This document shows, piece after piece, positions 13,456 to 29,400 of a stretch of DNA of 64,000 nt. The stretch lies in the NCBI RefSeq assembly GCF_009914755.1, contig NC_060937.1. The stretch is one strand, 5' to 3'. Under the pieces are notes generated by a model, which did not search any database, had not been told where the DNA came from, and saw nothing but the letters and a program-made list of their open reading frames with translations. The position numbers and the translations under genes were made by a program. Within the stretch, counting starts at the first letter, position 1; each line of letters begins with the position of its first letter. Origin of the DNA: the human T2T-CHM13v2.0 reference genome, Homo sapiens.

Positions 13456-14403
13456 TGGCTGTGCCTCTGTGCTTACACAGTGTCTGCCTCAGCAGGGATG
13501 TTCACCAAATGTTCATTGATTTAACTTATGCATAGCAAATCTCAAGTCAGTATTAAAATCTTTAAGCATAAACAGATATACAGTGGACACAGTATGCAGT
13601 CAGTTTTACTGTGGAATCAGTTGATTGGCACTCAAGTGTCTGAAAGTAAAATTAACTGGTGCTCTGTGTACCATGATCCCAGGACTCCTTGCTAATGCTG
13701 TAAGCTTCAGATTTTACCTCTTACACTTCTCATACCCATATGTCCAATAAACTCTCATTTCCCCCTGTTAACAGACTCTCTCAACCCGCCTATTCCTTCG
13801 GTGGCTTGCTTCAGGAAGCCCATTAATTCTCCCATTAGCAATTAGGGAACCAAGGTCTCCCTGACCAGGACATAGCTCCCAATGAATACATACCCTCAGA
13901 TGTGGAATAATGGGACTCTGTATCAAAAGATCCCCACTGTCCCGTAATAATGCCCTTAACATTTGCATGGAACTAGGAAAGGCTCTATGTTAAAGCAGCA
14001 TCAGCTGACGTTTTCTTGCAGTCTTTTAAAGTCTATGGATAAATGGCAGTACCCTATAGAAGGTAACAAATAGGGTTTTAAGCCTTGCAGTGCCAGACCT
14101 TCACTGAGAAACTGTGGTCTCCTTGGGGACAAGGCTACTCTGCCTCCTCTAGATCTAGTACCGTACCATGTTAAAGGATATTTTTTTTTCCAAAAAGTTA
14201 AATCATAACTCTCATAGACATAGCGTTAAAGAGAGAACTGGGAAGATGTTACAATTGATTCCAGGCAGAATGCAAAGAGCAGATGCATTTGTAGATCAAA
14301 AAGAATGAAATGAATGTGCAAATAGAGGCCAAAATGGCATCTTCCACAGTATGGTGGGAGCAATGAGCTGAGCTGCCACCTGACAGCATTTGCATGTCTA
14401 CAG

Positions 14404-14490
14404 ACAAGGATGATTTTGTATCGCCTTCCGAGATCCACAATTCGCAGAGCTCAGACAATGAAATGCTAGAATCAAATATCGCAGAAGGGT
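14404..14490 (+). other. Weak candidate 87-nt internal exon, (D)KDDFVSPSEIHNSQSSDNEMLESNIAEG
   Basis: TCTACAG acceptor, GTGAGT donor, length divisible by 3, one stop-free frame, 4 retained CpGs; no recognised homolog. Confidence 0.2.
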
Positions 14491-15021
14491 GTGAGTTCAA
14501 CAGTTCATCATTTTCTATTGAAGCACCAATTTTCCTTGCCTTGATTATATGTACTTGTGTTTAACAGTCAGTTTGTAAGAGGGAATTCATCCTAAGTTGG
14601 GCTGCTCTGAGATTTCTCATCTGGGTCTTTGTGTCAAAAACAGAACCACATCCTCTAATGAAGGGATTCTTAAGGTAGTGGGCTGGAAGAGGGGGAAAAA
14701 AGGAAGAGAAGGGAGGGGGAAGAAGGATGTGTCAGAATCATCTTAGAACCAGGGCCATGTGTGTGCATATGTGTGTGTGTCTGCGTGCATGTGTGTGCAC
14801 GCACGTGTTGAGGAAAAGCTCCACATACTCTTGCTGAGATATGTGACTGCTCTGAAGTTTTAGGTTCCCATTGTCATCATTTAGTGCAGTGACTCCAGGC
14901 ACTTGGCCCTGGAAACTTTAGTTCTAGTCTTGGTCAGTGACTTGCACCCTTGGGGCTTTGGTCCAATCACTTAACTCCAAATACCCTCATCTAAAACATG
15001 GAGAAATACTGATGTTGCTAT

Positions 15022-15205
15022 TGTAGGGGAGTAGAATCTACTTTCTTTTCCTCCCCCATCACTAGGCTCATGGTTGAGGCCCCCATCTGTTAAAAAAGGC
15101 AGGTTAATAAGAGAAAAGCATACACGTTTCATGTAAGTTTTCTGTGACCTGGGAACTTTCAGGAGTGAAGACCCAAAGAAACAAGGAAATATATTTTTAT
15201 GCTGT
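15022..15205 (-). mobile_element. ERV1 LTR fragment (MER31/MER34-like)
   Basis: TGTAGGGGAG...TTAATAAGAGAAAAGCATAC...GAAGACCCAAAGAAAC. Confidence 0.5.
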
Positions 15206-16290
15206 TTTAGCATTTTTATGCTATTTTTAGGCCATTTTGACTAATGCCCAACGCACTTACTCACTGGGCAGCTGGAGTTTCCAGGAACAGAAGAAGTGCC
15301 ATGATGCAAACAGGGAAGAGCCCCTGAAAACCAGCAGTGAGGTTTTTATTTGTTCTCATAACCGTAATGTTTTAGTACAAGTGTTGATTCTGTGCAGGTG
15401 TCTAAAGAATTGATATAATATCTTGCTTCAGGGAATTTATATCAAATTGGAAATATAAGATTAACGATTAGGAAACAGCAAGTGTGAGAGTGAAATATAA
15501 TCAAGGGCTATTAAGTGGTGCAATGTGAATAGATGATCATTACTCTAGGTGGTCAGGAAAGAGTGCTCTGCAAAGAACCCTGGCCCTTAATTTATATTTT
15601 CTGACAATGCACATGCAGGCAGTTGTGGCTCTGATTCTGCTGACAATTGAAAGGAACAGAGAATTGAGGCAGGTGGGTGAATAGTTCTAGAAAGGAATAC
15701 GATACATACTTCAAGGAAAAATGTATGTACTGATGGTGGGTACATTATCTTCCCAGAGCTCTAGGCGCTTTTATTGAAGGGTTTCTGTGTAAAATCAGTC
15801 ACAGACTCAGCGTTCAGACTTAATATTGGGAGCATCTCAGATTTTGATTTCATTTTGAAAGATAGGGAGAGGGCCCAAAGGGAGTCCTCCTTGTCCTTTC
15901 AGGCTTCTTTCTTTCTGTAATTTACAAATTCTTCATTTGTATTTTTTTAAAAAACCACTTGAAAAGAACCATTTTAGAATGAATTGGCCAGAAGAAGGTT
16001 AATACAGACAGGAAGGTGGCACAGCGGGGCTCCGTGGCCATCAAAGACAAGGATGAAGTGGGACCAGGTGGCCAGGAGTGGTTTTGGCTAGAGCAGACTC
16101 AAGGCTTTGGAAGAGGCTGTGCCTCCCTGGTTAGCATTTTAAAAACTGTTCTCTGGGAAATGTGACATCCTTGAGCTTATTACATTGAACAATAGATAGG
16201 CTTTTAGATGCAATTTGGTGACTACAAAATAAAATTTTTGGTGATAATTGAAATGAGCTTCATATTTGATTTGTAAAATTCAATGCTCTC

Positions 16291-16424
16291 AATAGCTAAT
16301 GCATGCAGGGCTTATTACCTAGGTGATCGGCTGATCTGTGCAGCAAAACATCATGGCACATGTTTACCTATGTAACAAGCCTGCACATCCTGCACATGTA
16401 TCACAGAACTTAAAAAAGAAAAGA
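16291..16424 (+). mobile_element. L1PA (PA10-13-like) short 3' end
   Basis: L1PA terminal motif; TSD TTCAATGCTCTC at 16279-16290 and 16426-16437. Confidence 0.9.
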
Positions 16425-17050
16425 GTTCAATGCTCTCATTCGCATGGTCACAGATAGTTACCTATAAATATTTCCGGAATATTGATGGTAGGAATCGATA
16501 TCCATGCAGGCAACTTGAACACAAGAAGCTCAGTTTCATTTGAGTACTCTGTTCTGTTCTTAGTAAGCTCAAGCATTAAATGACAAATTTAAGGTTTAAC
16601 TGGTGTGGCTATAAACAGCTCTGTACAAACCTCTACCTACTTTAAGAAATTACTTCCATGGGATGTCTTCCTGAGGTTATTTTATTTCAACCATGCCTTC
16701 CCTTTATTTCTAAAGCTTTGATTGAGGTTCTAAGACTGTGCATGAAATACTTAGGATTTTGTCTGTTGTGTAAAGTGTGATATAATTCTAGATCAACAGA
16801 GAGCTCACATTCTTTAGAAATATTACTAATCACTTTGACATAGAAAGCACAGATTAAAAATCATTTCGCATAGAGTATTCCCATAGTGGTCCTAGCATTG
16901 CAGTGGATAACCAGATACTTACTTAGGAGTACATTTTGTTTTCTAGGTCCTTCCAGAGCTCCATTCTTTACTATGTGTGAGACACAGAAACTGTCCTTTT
17001 CACATTTTTAAACGTGTTTCTCTAAAACTTGTAGTCTCTCCTCTTTTAAA

Positions 17051-17340
17051 TTTTTTTTACAGTCAGGGTCTCTCTCTGTTGCCCAGGCTCAAGTGCAGTG
17101 GCATGATCATAGCTCACTGTAGCCTCGAACTTCTGGACTTAAATCATCCTCCCACCTCAGCCCCCCAAGTAGCTAGGACTACAGGCCCATGCCACTGCAC
17201 CTGGGTATTTTTAAAACTTTTTGTAGAGACAGGGTCTCATTGTGTTGCCCAGGCTGATCTTGAGCTCCAGGGCTCCAGTGATTCTCCTGCCTCAGCCTCC
17301 CAAGGACTGGGATTACAGGGGTGAAACACCGTGCCTGGCC
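17051..17340 (-). mobile_element. AluJ
   Basis: Diverged antisense dimer. Confidence 0.9.
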
Positions 17341-18306
17341 CTTTTCTCCTTTTAAAAGAGAAGTAAACTATATGGAAACTTGAAAATTACACAAGCAACT
17401 ATTAGTTTTTACTTGTACAGGACTGGAAGTAGACACTAGAGAAAAGAAAACAAACATGGAGTTTGATCTATATAGCCTGCAGTGGCCCTACGTGGTGCCA
17501 AGCAAATTGCTGCAGATGAAGCAACCGTGTGTATGTATTTGATGCCAAATTCCACGGCTTGGCAGGACTGATAAAGGCAACATCAGATGAAAGTTCTCTT
17601 TGAGGATATTTCCATTTCTTTCCTTTTTTTGCTTCTCTTAAATTCATCAGCATTTTTCCATATCATGCAGTACCTAGAACAGATCTGCTCGTTACGTCCT
17701 CCCTACCTCAGTCCCACCAGTTATGAAATGGTGATAAGAAACAATGCTTGAAAGTGATGAAAAGAGGTGTAGGGCTCAAACCCTGAGCTCTGGTTTTCAG
17801 AAAAGACAAAGCAGTATCATTGCCCCCTCTTTTTTTTCTGGCTTGTTCCTATAGTATTGTTTAAACAGACAAAAACACTTATGACTCGAGAGTAATAATA
17901 TAAATAATTTCTTAAGGACTTAGTAAATACATACAGAGGCATTTTTGAAAGCAAGTATGATTGATCTTAGTAATATATTTTGGCACAAGCATTTGCTTAA
18001 TAGACTAAGAAGTGTTTATTTTTAAAGCATTGACCTGTTTGTAAGGCTTCATGTCAGGCCAAATGTGAGGTTTGAGAGCACACACTTGGAAGGCTCCACT
18101 GGCTCTATTTAGAGATTTTTAAAAGGTCCCCATTAGACCAATGAGTTAAAATCCCCGTTGACATTGTAGTCTTCTGTCAATAAACATCCTTGCCTTCCCT
18201 GTTTTGCTTTTAGTACAGCCTTTTTAAAAAATTACCAAAAGATACTTGCATATATTGTCATAAGAAACTCCCATTACTATTCATGCTTTTAATAAAACAA
18301 TGAACT

Positions 18307-18765
18307 TGACCTTCACACGAGTCAGCCTACATAACACACACAGAGAGGCTCTTTACAAGGAAGGATGTTTATTTGGAAATAGGCATTGCAATGGGAATGT
18401 ACATGCCATAGTGAAAACTGTGGTGTATTCAGAGAGGTAAAGGGAAACCAAAGTTTTTAAAGGAAAAAATGAGGAGGCTTACATAATTGTTTGAAATAGT
18501 TATCCTTGGCTACAAAGATCAGTAACAAGAGTGCTACCTGTCTGAGGTTGCACAGGCTGTTGCTGGGGCAAATGTCCTTACAAAAGTATTATTTTGTGTC
18601 AGGTTTTGATAGCTTTGTGCATGGTTGTGGTTTTTGCAGTTTTTGGTAATAGTTTTTGTTATCAGGCATACATGAATGACAGCCCTCTCTTCATGGCCTT
18701 CCTTGGCTCTATTTGTCAGGGTTATCTTAACATTAGTGACTCCATTTTGGTTCTGACAACTTTCA
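18307..18765 (-). mobile_element. ERV1 solo LTR (MER4 group, MER67-like)
   Basis: Ends GACTCCATTTTGGTTCTGACAACTTTCA; TTTATT (antisense poly-A signal) near 18370. Confidence 0.7.
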
Positions 18766-18929
18766 CGTGTCTTCTTTCACTGCTCCACCCCCACCGTGGC
18801 ATCATGACGGAAGGCATCAACTTCCACCCTCTGACTCTTGGACAGATGGGCACTGGCATCACTTGAGCTTCACTTTCAGTGCTCTTTCTAGGCCTTTTTA
18901 CCCACACGTAGCCTTCCTTCATTTTTAAA

Positions 18930-19445
18930 AAAATTAATTAGATCAGATTAAACATTATTAGCAACTTTCTTTTTCTCTTAATGTATCTTTGATAGCTTTC
19001 CTTATTTGTATATGTCTACCCTATCTTAAAGCAGTATAATATATCTCATAGTGTGTGTGTACCAAGGCAATGAAATGAATCTGCATTAATAAACTTTTAG
19101 GATGTCTGGCTTTTACAAAGCTTGCTGAGTGATCCTTGGTCATGTGCATTTTTGTGTACATTTTCGAATATTTTTGTATGATAGAATTCTAAGGGTGGAA
19201 TCGGGTTTTGAATTTTGTAGTACACTTCCATGTGATTTTTTTCTAAAAGCTGTACCAGTCTATATTTATATGACAATCTACGAGAGTACCCATTTCCACT
19301 TAGACAAAGCAGCAATGAATATCATCAGTCTTTTTAGGTTGTGCAATCTAAAGGATGTCAAATGTGTTTTTAATTCTTATAATTTGTGTATTACGGACTA
19401 CTGTTAAGTTGAGCATCTTTTTATAAGTTCTTGGTCAATTTTATT
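18930..19445 (-). mobile_element. Very old L1M fragment
   Basis: Decayed antisense L1 phrases (AGTACCCATTTCC, GTTGAGCATCTTTTTATA). Confidence 0.45.
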
Positions 19446-20369
19446 AGTTGGAGATCAGATGTTTGGCATAGATCTTTCCTTACAACAATATAATTTAAGG
19501 TCTACTAGGGACTAGTAAGCGCTTGGGATTTAGAGATTAAGGAGGCTAAATGTCTCCCTTTAAGGAATCTACAAGCCAGTGAACAGCAATGAGGTGTGTA
19601 CAAATAATTCTAACAGTGTGAGTTGTGTCCACTGACAGCGTGGGCAAAGTTTAAAGAGGGATGTGAGGATGAGGATTTCAGAGGGTCAGGTTTGAGCCAG
19701 GTTGGAAGATTTCTCCAGGTGGCAGATGGGGAGGGCCATCAACAATGTGAAATTGTCGGCACACGGTGTCTTAGAAAGGCAAGTTGTCCTGCAGGGCTTG
19801 GTGTGGGAAATAGAGCTGAGAAGGGGATCGTGGACCTTCTGTGACATGCTCAGGAGAAGAAACCTCTTCTGTGGGCCCAGCAGAGGGTCTGGGAATCCTG
19901 TTCTCACTGCATAAAGTGCTTATTATTATCTGTTATAAATATGTGTTGACCGAAGATAATGATTCCATGTTTCCACTCACCTGCTTGGCCCAATATCCAT
20001 TCTTCCCATTCTTGTGTCCTTTCTTCTATAGCAGATCATTCTAACACATGGCAGTGTTGTTTCAGCCTTAGATTCTCTGTAATCACATCATCAACACAGG
20101 TGGGTTGGCGTTCCAGCCACCTTCCAATATAGGAGGAAGTTAATTGGTGATTCCCTTCTTCTCTCCTCTGAGTACTGCTCATGATCTCTGCAGGGACCTC
20201 TGAGCAGGATGTCTCAGTCATAGGCATATATTTAAGTCTAACTGCTGTTAACGCTTAATAGAAAGTGGCTTGTAAAACACATTAAAATATTTACAGGGTT
20301 CCTTTGAAACATGGTGATAAAACACTCCGCCAAACTTCTTTTTGGAAACAAGTTCACTTAAACCGTTCA

Positions 20370-20680
<311 letters not shown>

Positions 20681-21081
20681 GATGGCTTGATTTATGTCAT
20701 TAAAGATGTTTCCTGCAAGTTTTCCTGATAGATCATGTGCATTTCAGTGATGACGGTGGAGATTCATTTTGTTTTCTAGCTACTAGTGGTTTTTAAAGAG
20801 GTAACGACATGGCACATCACTTAAAAATGAAGAAATTGGCTGAAGTACACACCCTGAAATATATACTCTGTGTGTAAGTCTCAGTACATAGGCTACCCTC
20901 TTTTCTTATACTATCATTAGAGCACTTGGGTTCCATTACTGCTGTGTTTTGTATATACATTTTGCTTTTTACAGTGCCTCCAACTACTGCTCAAGATCAA
21001 TTTGCTCCTATTTTTAATGCTAGAAGCTCCCCCCAGCACCCCCCAATGCCTGAAAAAAATTAACTAGGAAAAACATCAGCT

Positions 21082-21732
<651 letters not shown>

Positions 21733-21814
21733 GCAAGAAGCAACACCATGAAGACTGTAGAAAGATCAGTGGTTGCCAGGGGTTGGGGGAGGGAGAGATG
21801 AATGAGTGGAGCAT

Positions 21815-22219
21815 TGTGTTAGGCCATTCTGGTGTTGCTATAAAGAAACACCTGAGACTGGGTAATTTATAGATAAAAGAGGTTTAACTGGCTCACAGAT
21901 CTGCACACAGTACTAGAAGCATGGTGCCAGCATCTGCTTCTGGTGAGGCCTCAGGGAGCTGTGACTTATGGCAGAAGGAGGAGCAGGAGCTTGCCCATCA
22001 CATGACAAGAGTAGGAGCAAGAGACAGAGTGGTGGGGGAGGTGCCACACACTTTTAAACAACTAGTTTCACATGAACTCACTCATTAGCATGAGGGCAGC
22101 ACCAAGCTTTGAGGGAGCCGCACCCCTAGACCCAAATACTTCCCACCAGGCCCCACCTCCAACACTGGGGATTGTATTTCAACATGAGATTTGAGGGGAC
22201 AAATATCCAAACTATATGA
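21815..22219 (-). mobile_element. MST (MaLR) solo LTR
   Basis: CCTGAGACTGGGTAATTTATA...GAGATTTGAGGGGACAAATATCCAAACTATA; 5-bp TSD AGCAT/AGCAC. Confidence 0.9.
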
Positions 22220-22366
22220 AGCACGGAGGATTTTGAGAGCAGTAGAACTACTCTGTGTGATACCATTATGGTGGCTACATGTCATTATACACTTGTCCAG
22301 ACCATAGCCTGTACAACACAGAGTGAACCCTAATGCCAACCGTGGACTTTAGTTAATAATGTATCA

Positions 22367-22789
<423 letters not shown>

Positions 22790-22790
22790 T

Positions 22791-23259
22791 CAGGGGTTCC
22801 CCCAACATAGGAACCAGGCTGCAGAGCAGGAGGTGAGCAGTGGGCGAGCTAGCACGTGAAGCCTTATCTGTATTTACAGCCGCTCCCCATAGCTCCCCAT
22901 TACTGCCTGAGCTCCGCCTCCTGTCAGATCAGCGGCAGCATTAGACTGTGCATGTGAGGGATCTAGGTTGTGTGCACCTTATGAAAATCTAATGCCTGAT
23001 GATCTGTCACTGTCTCCCATCACCCCCAGATGGGACCATCTAGTTGCAGGAAAACAAGCTCAAGGCTCCCACTGATTCTACATTATGGTGATTTGCATAA
23101 TTAATTCATTATATATCACAATGTAATAATAATAGAATAAGGTGCACAATAACTGTAATGTGCTTGAATCATCCTGAAACTATCCCTCCACGCCCGGGTC
23201 ATGGGAAAATTGTCTTACATGAAAGTGGTCCCTGGTGCCAAAAAGGTTGGCAACCACTA
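22791..23259 (+). mobile_element. MER1A hAT-Charlie MITE
   Basis: CAGGGG start, GATCTGTCACTGTCTCCCATCACCCCCAGATGGGACC, GGTGCCAAAAAGGTTGG end; 8-bp TSD CTCTACAT/CTCTACAC. Confidence 0.9.
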
Positions 23260-23293
23260 CTCTACACTAACTGCTCATTTTCCTGGGAGCCTA

Positions 23294-23900
<607 letters not shown>

Positions 23901-24354
23901 GTCTGTTAATTAAAAAAATTAAAACTTAAAAAAAAGAAGTGGGCACATTTATCTGGTCCTGTGACAAAAACATTTATGAAGCATGCCTCAGTTTCCAATC
24001 TTTACTTCCTACAGAGTTCTGCACACTTGGTGCCACCATTACCACACCGACCACTACTTCTTGGTGTTAACTTGTTCTTTCAGTAAATGCGAATGGAGCA
24101 CCGAATGCTAGATGTGCTGGGTTCGAGGATGAGCCATAGTGTCTACTCCTTGAGATCTTAGTCTATTGTGGGAAACAGACTTATGAACACATGAATGGCA
24201 CTTAAACCCCTGGGTGTGATATTTAAAGATATGAACAAAGTGCTGTGGGACCACAGGGAACACCGTCTCACCCTCCCTGCAGGAGTCAAGAGGAGCCTCT
24301 GAGAGAAGGGCATGTCTGACCTAGGTGTGTTTTAAGTGTGACGAGGTGGCAAGG

Positions 24355-24755
24355 TGTGTGTTTGTTGGGGCAATGCTCGCAAGTATAACAGACCCCCAAA
24401 TATATAATGGCTCAAACACGTCAGCCTTACATGTTGCTCATAGAATGGCTCAGCAGGCAGCCCACTCGCAAGCAGGATTTGGGACCCCAGGGTCTTTCCA
24501 ATGTTGCCTCATTTCTATGCATCAGCTGGAGAAAAAGGGAGAGAAGTGGAGGCAGCACAGAGGCGTGATGGCCTCTGTCCAGCCTGGACATGTGTCACTT
24601 CTGCTCAAGTCCCCTTAGTAAGAGCTCACAGCACGACCCCAGAACAGGTCTGGGAAATGCCCCCCAGCTAGGCAGCTGGTGACACTGCTCCAGGCCATGG
24701 AAAGGGAGGCTGAAGATTCCTAAGAGATAGTGAGTGCTATCTGCTGCCATACCAG
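24355..24755 (-). mobile_element. Old MaLR LTR (MLT1-like) within an L2 fragment
   Basis: AATGGCTCAAACAC...TGTCACTTCTGCTCA...TCTGCTGCCATA. Confidence 0.45.
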
Positions 24756-24792
24756 GGGAAGTAGAGAGTTAAGTCTAAAGAAATAATCTAGT

Positions 24793-25222
<430 letters not shown>

Positions 25223-25559
25223 TCATGCTGCAGTCATTTGTACCCTTGAATGTTTCCTTTCAAGTGTATTAATTATTAAAGAAATGAGTCACCTTAATAG
25301 ACTGCCACATAACGTGTGGGAAACCCGGTGGTTCCGCAGGCACTTGGTACCAGTGGGGAGATACACATTCCTCACAAGCTTGGGTGAAGTTGCTATTTGA
25401 GGGGGCAGGAGGTGTCCCTTTGAGCCCAGCTGGGAAAGGCCTTGTCTGATGCGCTGAGGCATTTAGGCTTCCTCGTGTGGGCCAGGAGGAGGCCACAGCA
25501 TTGGGCAGGGAGCGCTCTCCAGGGCTTGGAGCTAGGGGTAAGGCATTGGTGACAGGGAG

Positions 25560-26280
25560 GTGGCCTGGGCAGGAGTCAGCAGGGTGCAGTGGTCCAGGCT
25601 GGGAGGATGAGGTTCTGAAGGAGAGGGATGGCTGTGGGGATTTTGAGGAGGGGTTGGGCTTTTAGACAGTTTGGCAGTGAAACAAGGAAGGTTTAGGAGC
25701 CAGCAATCACAGAGGGAGAAAATCAGTCATGGCTCTGATGTTTGGGTTTTGAGCCCTTAGATAAATAGTAGATTTGCAGAAAGGTAAACAATTCCATTCC
25801 CGTTTTAGAGAGCTGGAGGAGCAGTCAGGACCTCCAGGTGGGGGTGTCTAGTAAGCAGCTATAAATGTGGGCTCGGGTCCATGAGAGAGGTCCAGGCCCC
25901 AGCCTACCTCAGAAAAAGAGGCTGTGACCTCGGGCGAATGTGCAGCCTGAGACGGGGGCTGAAATGCAACTGTGGGGGCGTCTCCGGTAAGGGATGGACA
26001 TGGGGGGGCCCGTGTGGAGGGGCAGGAAGGAAACAACCACAGTGTGAATTCCTAGAAGCCCAAATAGGGATTGCTGCAAGAATGGGGGATGCCAAATGCT
26101 GCAGGAGTTTTGTAGGAGCAGGAGTGGTTGTGCACGGCTGGATTTGGCAAAGACTTGTCATTGACCTCGGCAGAGCAATTTCAGAAGATGGTAGCAGAAG
26201 GCCACTGTAGTCGACTGAGGAGTGAATAATGATCAGACTAGAGGACAGTTTGAGATGTTTTGAGAGGCAAATGAGGGGAT
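25560..26280 (-). mobile_element. L2 fragment
   Basis: Antisense L2 phrases (TCATTGACCTCGGCAGAGCAATTTCAG, TTTTGAGAGG). Confidence 0.55.
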
Positions 26281-26283
26281 AGG

Positions 26284-26597
26284 TTTTTGTTGTTGTTGTT
26301 TGTTTTTGTTTTTGTTTTTTGAGACATAGTCTCGCTCTGTTGCCCAGACTGAAGTGGCGAAATCTCGGCTCGCTGTAGCCTCCGCCTCCCAGGTTCAAGC
26401 GATTCTCCTACCTCAGCCTCCTGAGTAGCTGGGATTACAGGCGCCCACCACCATGCCCAGCAAATTTTTGTATTTTTAGTAGAGACAGGGTTTCACCATG
26501 TTGGTAAGGCTGGTCTCAAACTCCTGACCTTAGATGATCCACCCGCCTCGGCCTCCCAAAGTGCTGGGATTATAGGCATGTGCCACCACACCCTGCC
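26284..26597 (-). mobile_element. AluS
   Basis: Antisense dimer with (TTG)n/(TTTTTG)n tail. Confidence 0.95.
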
Positions 26598-26695
26598 AAG
26601 GTAGTTTATAGTGGTCTCTTAAGCATGATTATAACTCAAGGGAAGAAACTGGTTAATATTGTTACTCCTTGTTTAAGTGGCTATTCCTTCCTAAA

Positions 26696-26736
26696 ACACA
26701 CACACACACACATATATATACACACACACACACACA
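26696..26736. repeat. (CA)n(TA)n(CA)n microsatellite
   Basis: Read directly. Confidence 0.9.
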
Positions 26737-26846
26737 TAATGGGTGTGTGCATATGGTCTGTCTTCTGGTTATTTTGATAACATAGCCTTTGAATGGATTA
26801 GAAAACCTCAACATTGTTAAGTACACATTTCTCTAAACAGATTTTA

Positions 26847-27152
26847 TTTTATTTATTTGTTTATTTTTTTGAGACTGAGTTTCACTTTTGTTGCCCAGGC
26901 TAGAGTGCAATGGTGTGATCTCAGCTCACCGCAACCTCCGCCTCCCAGATTCAAGTGATTCTCCTGCCCAGCCTCCCGAGTAGCTGGGATTAGAGGCATG
27001 CGCCACGATGCCTGGCTAATTTTATATTTTTTAGTAGAGACGGGGTTTCTCCATGTTGGTCAGGCTGGTCTCGAACTCCCGACCTCAAGTGGTCAGCTCG
27101 CCTCAGCCTCCCAAAGTGCTGGGATTACAGGCGTGAGCCACCACACCCGGCT
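26847..27152 (-). mobile_element. AluSp-like
   Basis: Full dimer; TSD TCTCTAAACAGATTTTA. Confidence 0.95.
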
Positions 27153-27399
27153 TCTCTAAACAGATTTTAATTGATGAATTCTAATAGTAACTTTTACTTC
27201 GGCGGCGGGGGGGGGAATCTCATACAATTATGATGGAATGGGAATTGATTTTCTTTCCCCTGAGCTCTGGAAAACAATTTGAGATTATCCAATTCTAGCA
27301 CTAGCTTGATTTCTTCTAACTAAGCAACCTTATTTTTTAATGTGAAAAAATTAATATGAGTTGCTTCTCTGTAAAGTGTGGGCTTGTATTATTTTTTAA

Positions 27400-27860
27400 A
27401 GCTTACCTCTTGATTAAAATATAAGCTACATACAGAAAATTATAGGAATTAATTTTTTTGTTTCCTGAGCTATAAATTACATACATTAAATTCATTTTAG
27501 TATATTCACAAAGGTGTGCAGCCATCACAATTATCTAGTTCCAGAACATTTTCCTCACCCCTCAAAATAACCCCATACCTGTTAACAGTCACTCCCCTTC
27601 TCCCTGTCTCCCAGCTCCTGAAAATCACTAATCAACTCTCTGTCTCTAAGGATTTACCTATTCTGGGCATTTCCTTTAAATTGAGTCGTATGGTGTGTGG
27701 CCTTTGTGTTTGGTTTCTTTTACTTAGTACAATATTTTCAGGGTCATCTGTGTAGTAGCTTGAATTAGAACCTTATTCTTTTATTTACTGCTGAATAATA
27801 TTCCATTTTACAGATATCCCACATTTTGTTTATCCGTGCATCAATTAATGACCATAATTG
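27400..27860 (-). mobile_element. L1MB 3' end
   Basis: AGTATATTCACAAAGGTGTGCAGCCATCAC...CCAGAACATTTT...GCTGAATAATATTCCATT. Confidence 0.75.
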
Positions 27861-28879
27861 CTTTTTAATGTTTTCGTTTTAAAGATCTGGGGCTTGATTT
27901 GTGCATGAAGAAAGCTACGGTAGCCAGTATGAGCCCACCTCGCTCAGCACAGGAGCCAGGGCAGAGGCAGCACTGGGGAGTTTGCCAGTTTACCTCGGAG
28001 GTCCTTGTGTGTCCACGTGTTTGGGTGCTCATGGCCAGAAGACAACTTTTGTGCCTCATCTACAGTGCTCCCCTAGGGAATAGGATGTCTCTGGGGACCC
28101 TGGCATAGAACAGAAACCCCAGCCACTGCATGTCAGGTGACATTCTTTCCTTGGGGATCTTTAGATTTGCATAAACACGGAGTGAGCGTTTTCTTCTGGT
28201 GTGAACCCTGACTTCTTTAGTTTGGGGGCTTTGATGGTTTCTACCAAAATCCTAGGGATGTGCTTGTGGGCTGGTGGGAGGGCTCAGAGCTCCTAGGCAA
28301 GGGCACCCCAGTTTTATGATGTTCCATGAATTGCTGCAAGCCTCTAGCCTGCTCATTTTCTTCCTGTCATTTTTTTTTTTCTGCAGATGATACAACCATG
28401 TTTATAACCATGTTTACACTTCTCAAAGGGAAGCAGTCTCAGAAAAAACTCCCTTAGGATGCATAACTAGGTGAACTCCTGGATGTTTACATGTTCTCAA
28501 GTGGTAGATGTTCTTTCATGGAGCCTGGCTGTTTTATTCAATGTATGTGTTTTATTTCTACTAGAACAGAGTTCATGAGAGGGTCAGTTTGTGACCCGTG
28601 CTTTCCGGCACATGTGTTGTCTAAAGAGACACAGCCACACATGGGGTTTTCTTGGCTCTGTGTGGAATGGGGAGTAGTTAGCTTCAGTGAGGCTCCTTAT
28701 GTACTTTTCCACAGTTTGGAGAAATCTGAGTTAGTCTGTAGAATGGCTTCTATTTCTTTTAAATCTGATCTGTGGGAGCTGAGTTGCTGCAAGGTCTGTC
28801 TGCATTCCTAAGCCTTGGCACTCTGTCTTTCCACGATCACAGGTCAAAGGCATTTTCCCATAGGTTTCTTCCTGGATGA

Positions 28880-29278
<399 letters not shown>

Positions 29279-29400
29279 TCAGGTCTGTTTTTCAAGTGCT
29301 GTTTGTATACACGGAAGTGAGTGCACATACTTCATTCTTGTGTTTCAGATGAAATGCTTAGTTCCACACACAACTATCCTGCATTAGAAATCACATGCTT

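Noticed and set aside
14410-14469. Short ORF MILYRLPRSTIRRAQTMKC, loosely resembling the phospholamban N-terminus (RSAIRRAST)
   Set aside because: Stops after 19 codons, no transmembrane segment follows and nucleotide similarity is unconvincing; likely chance
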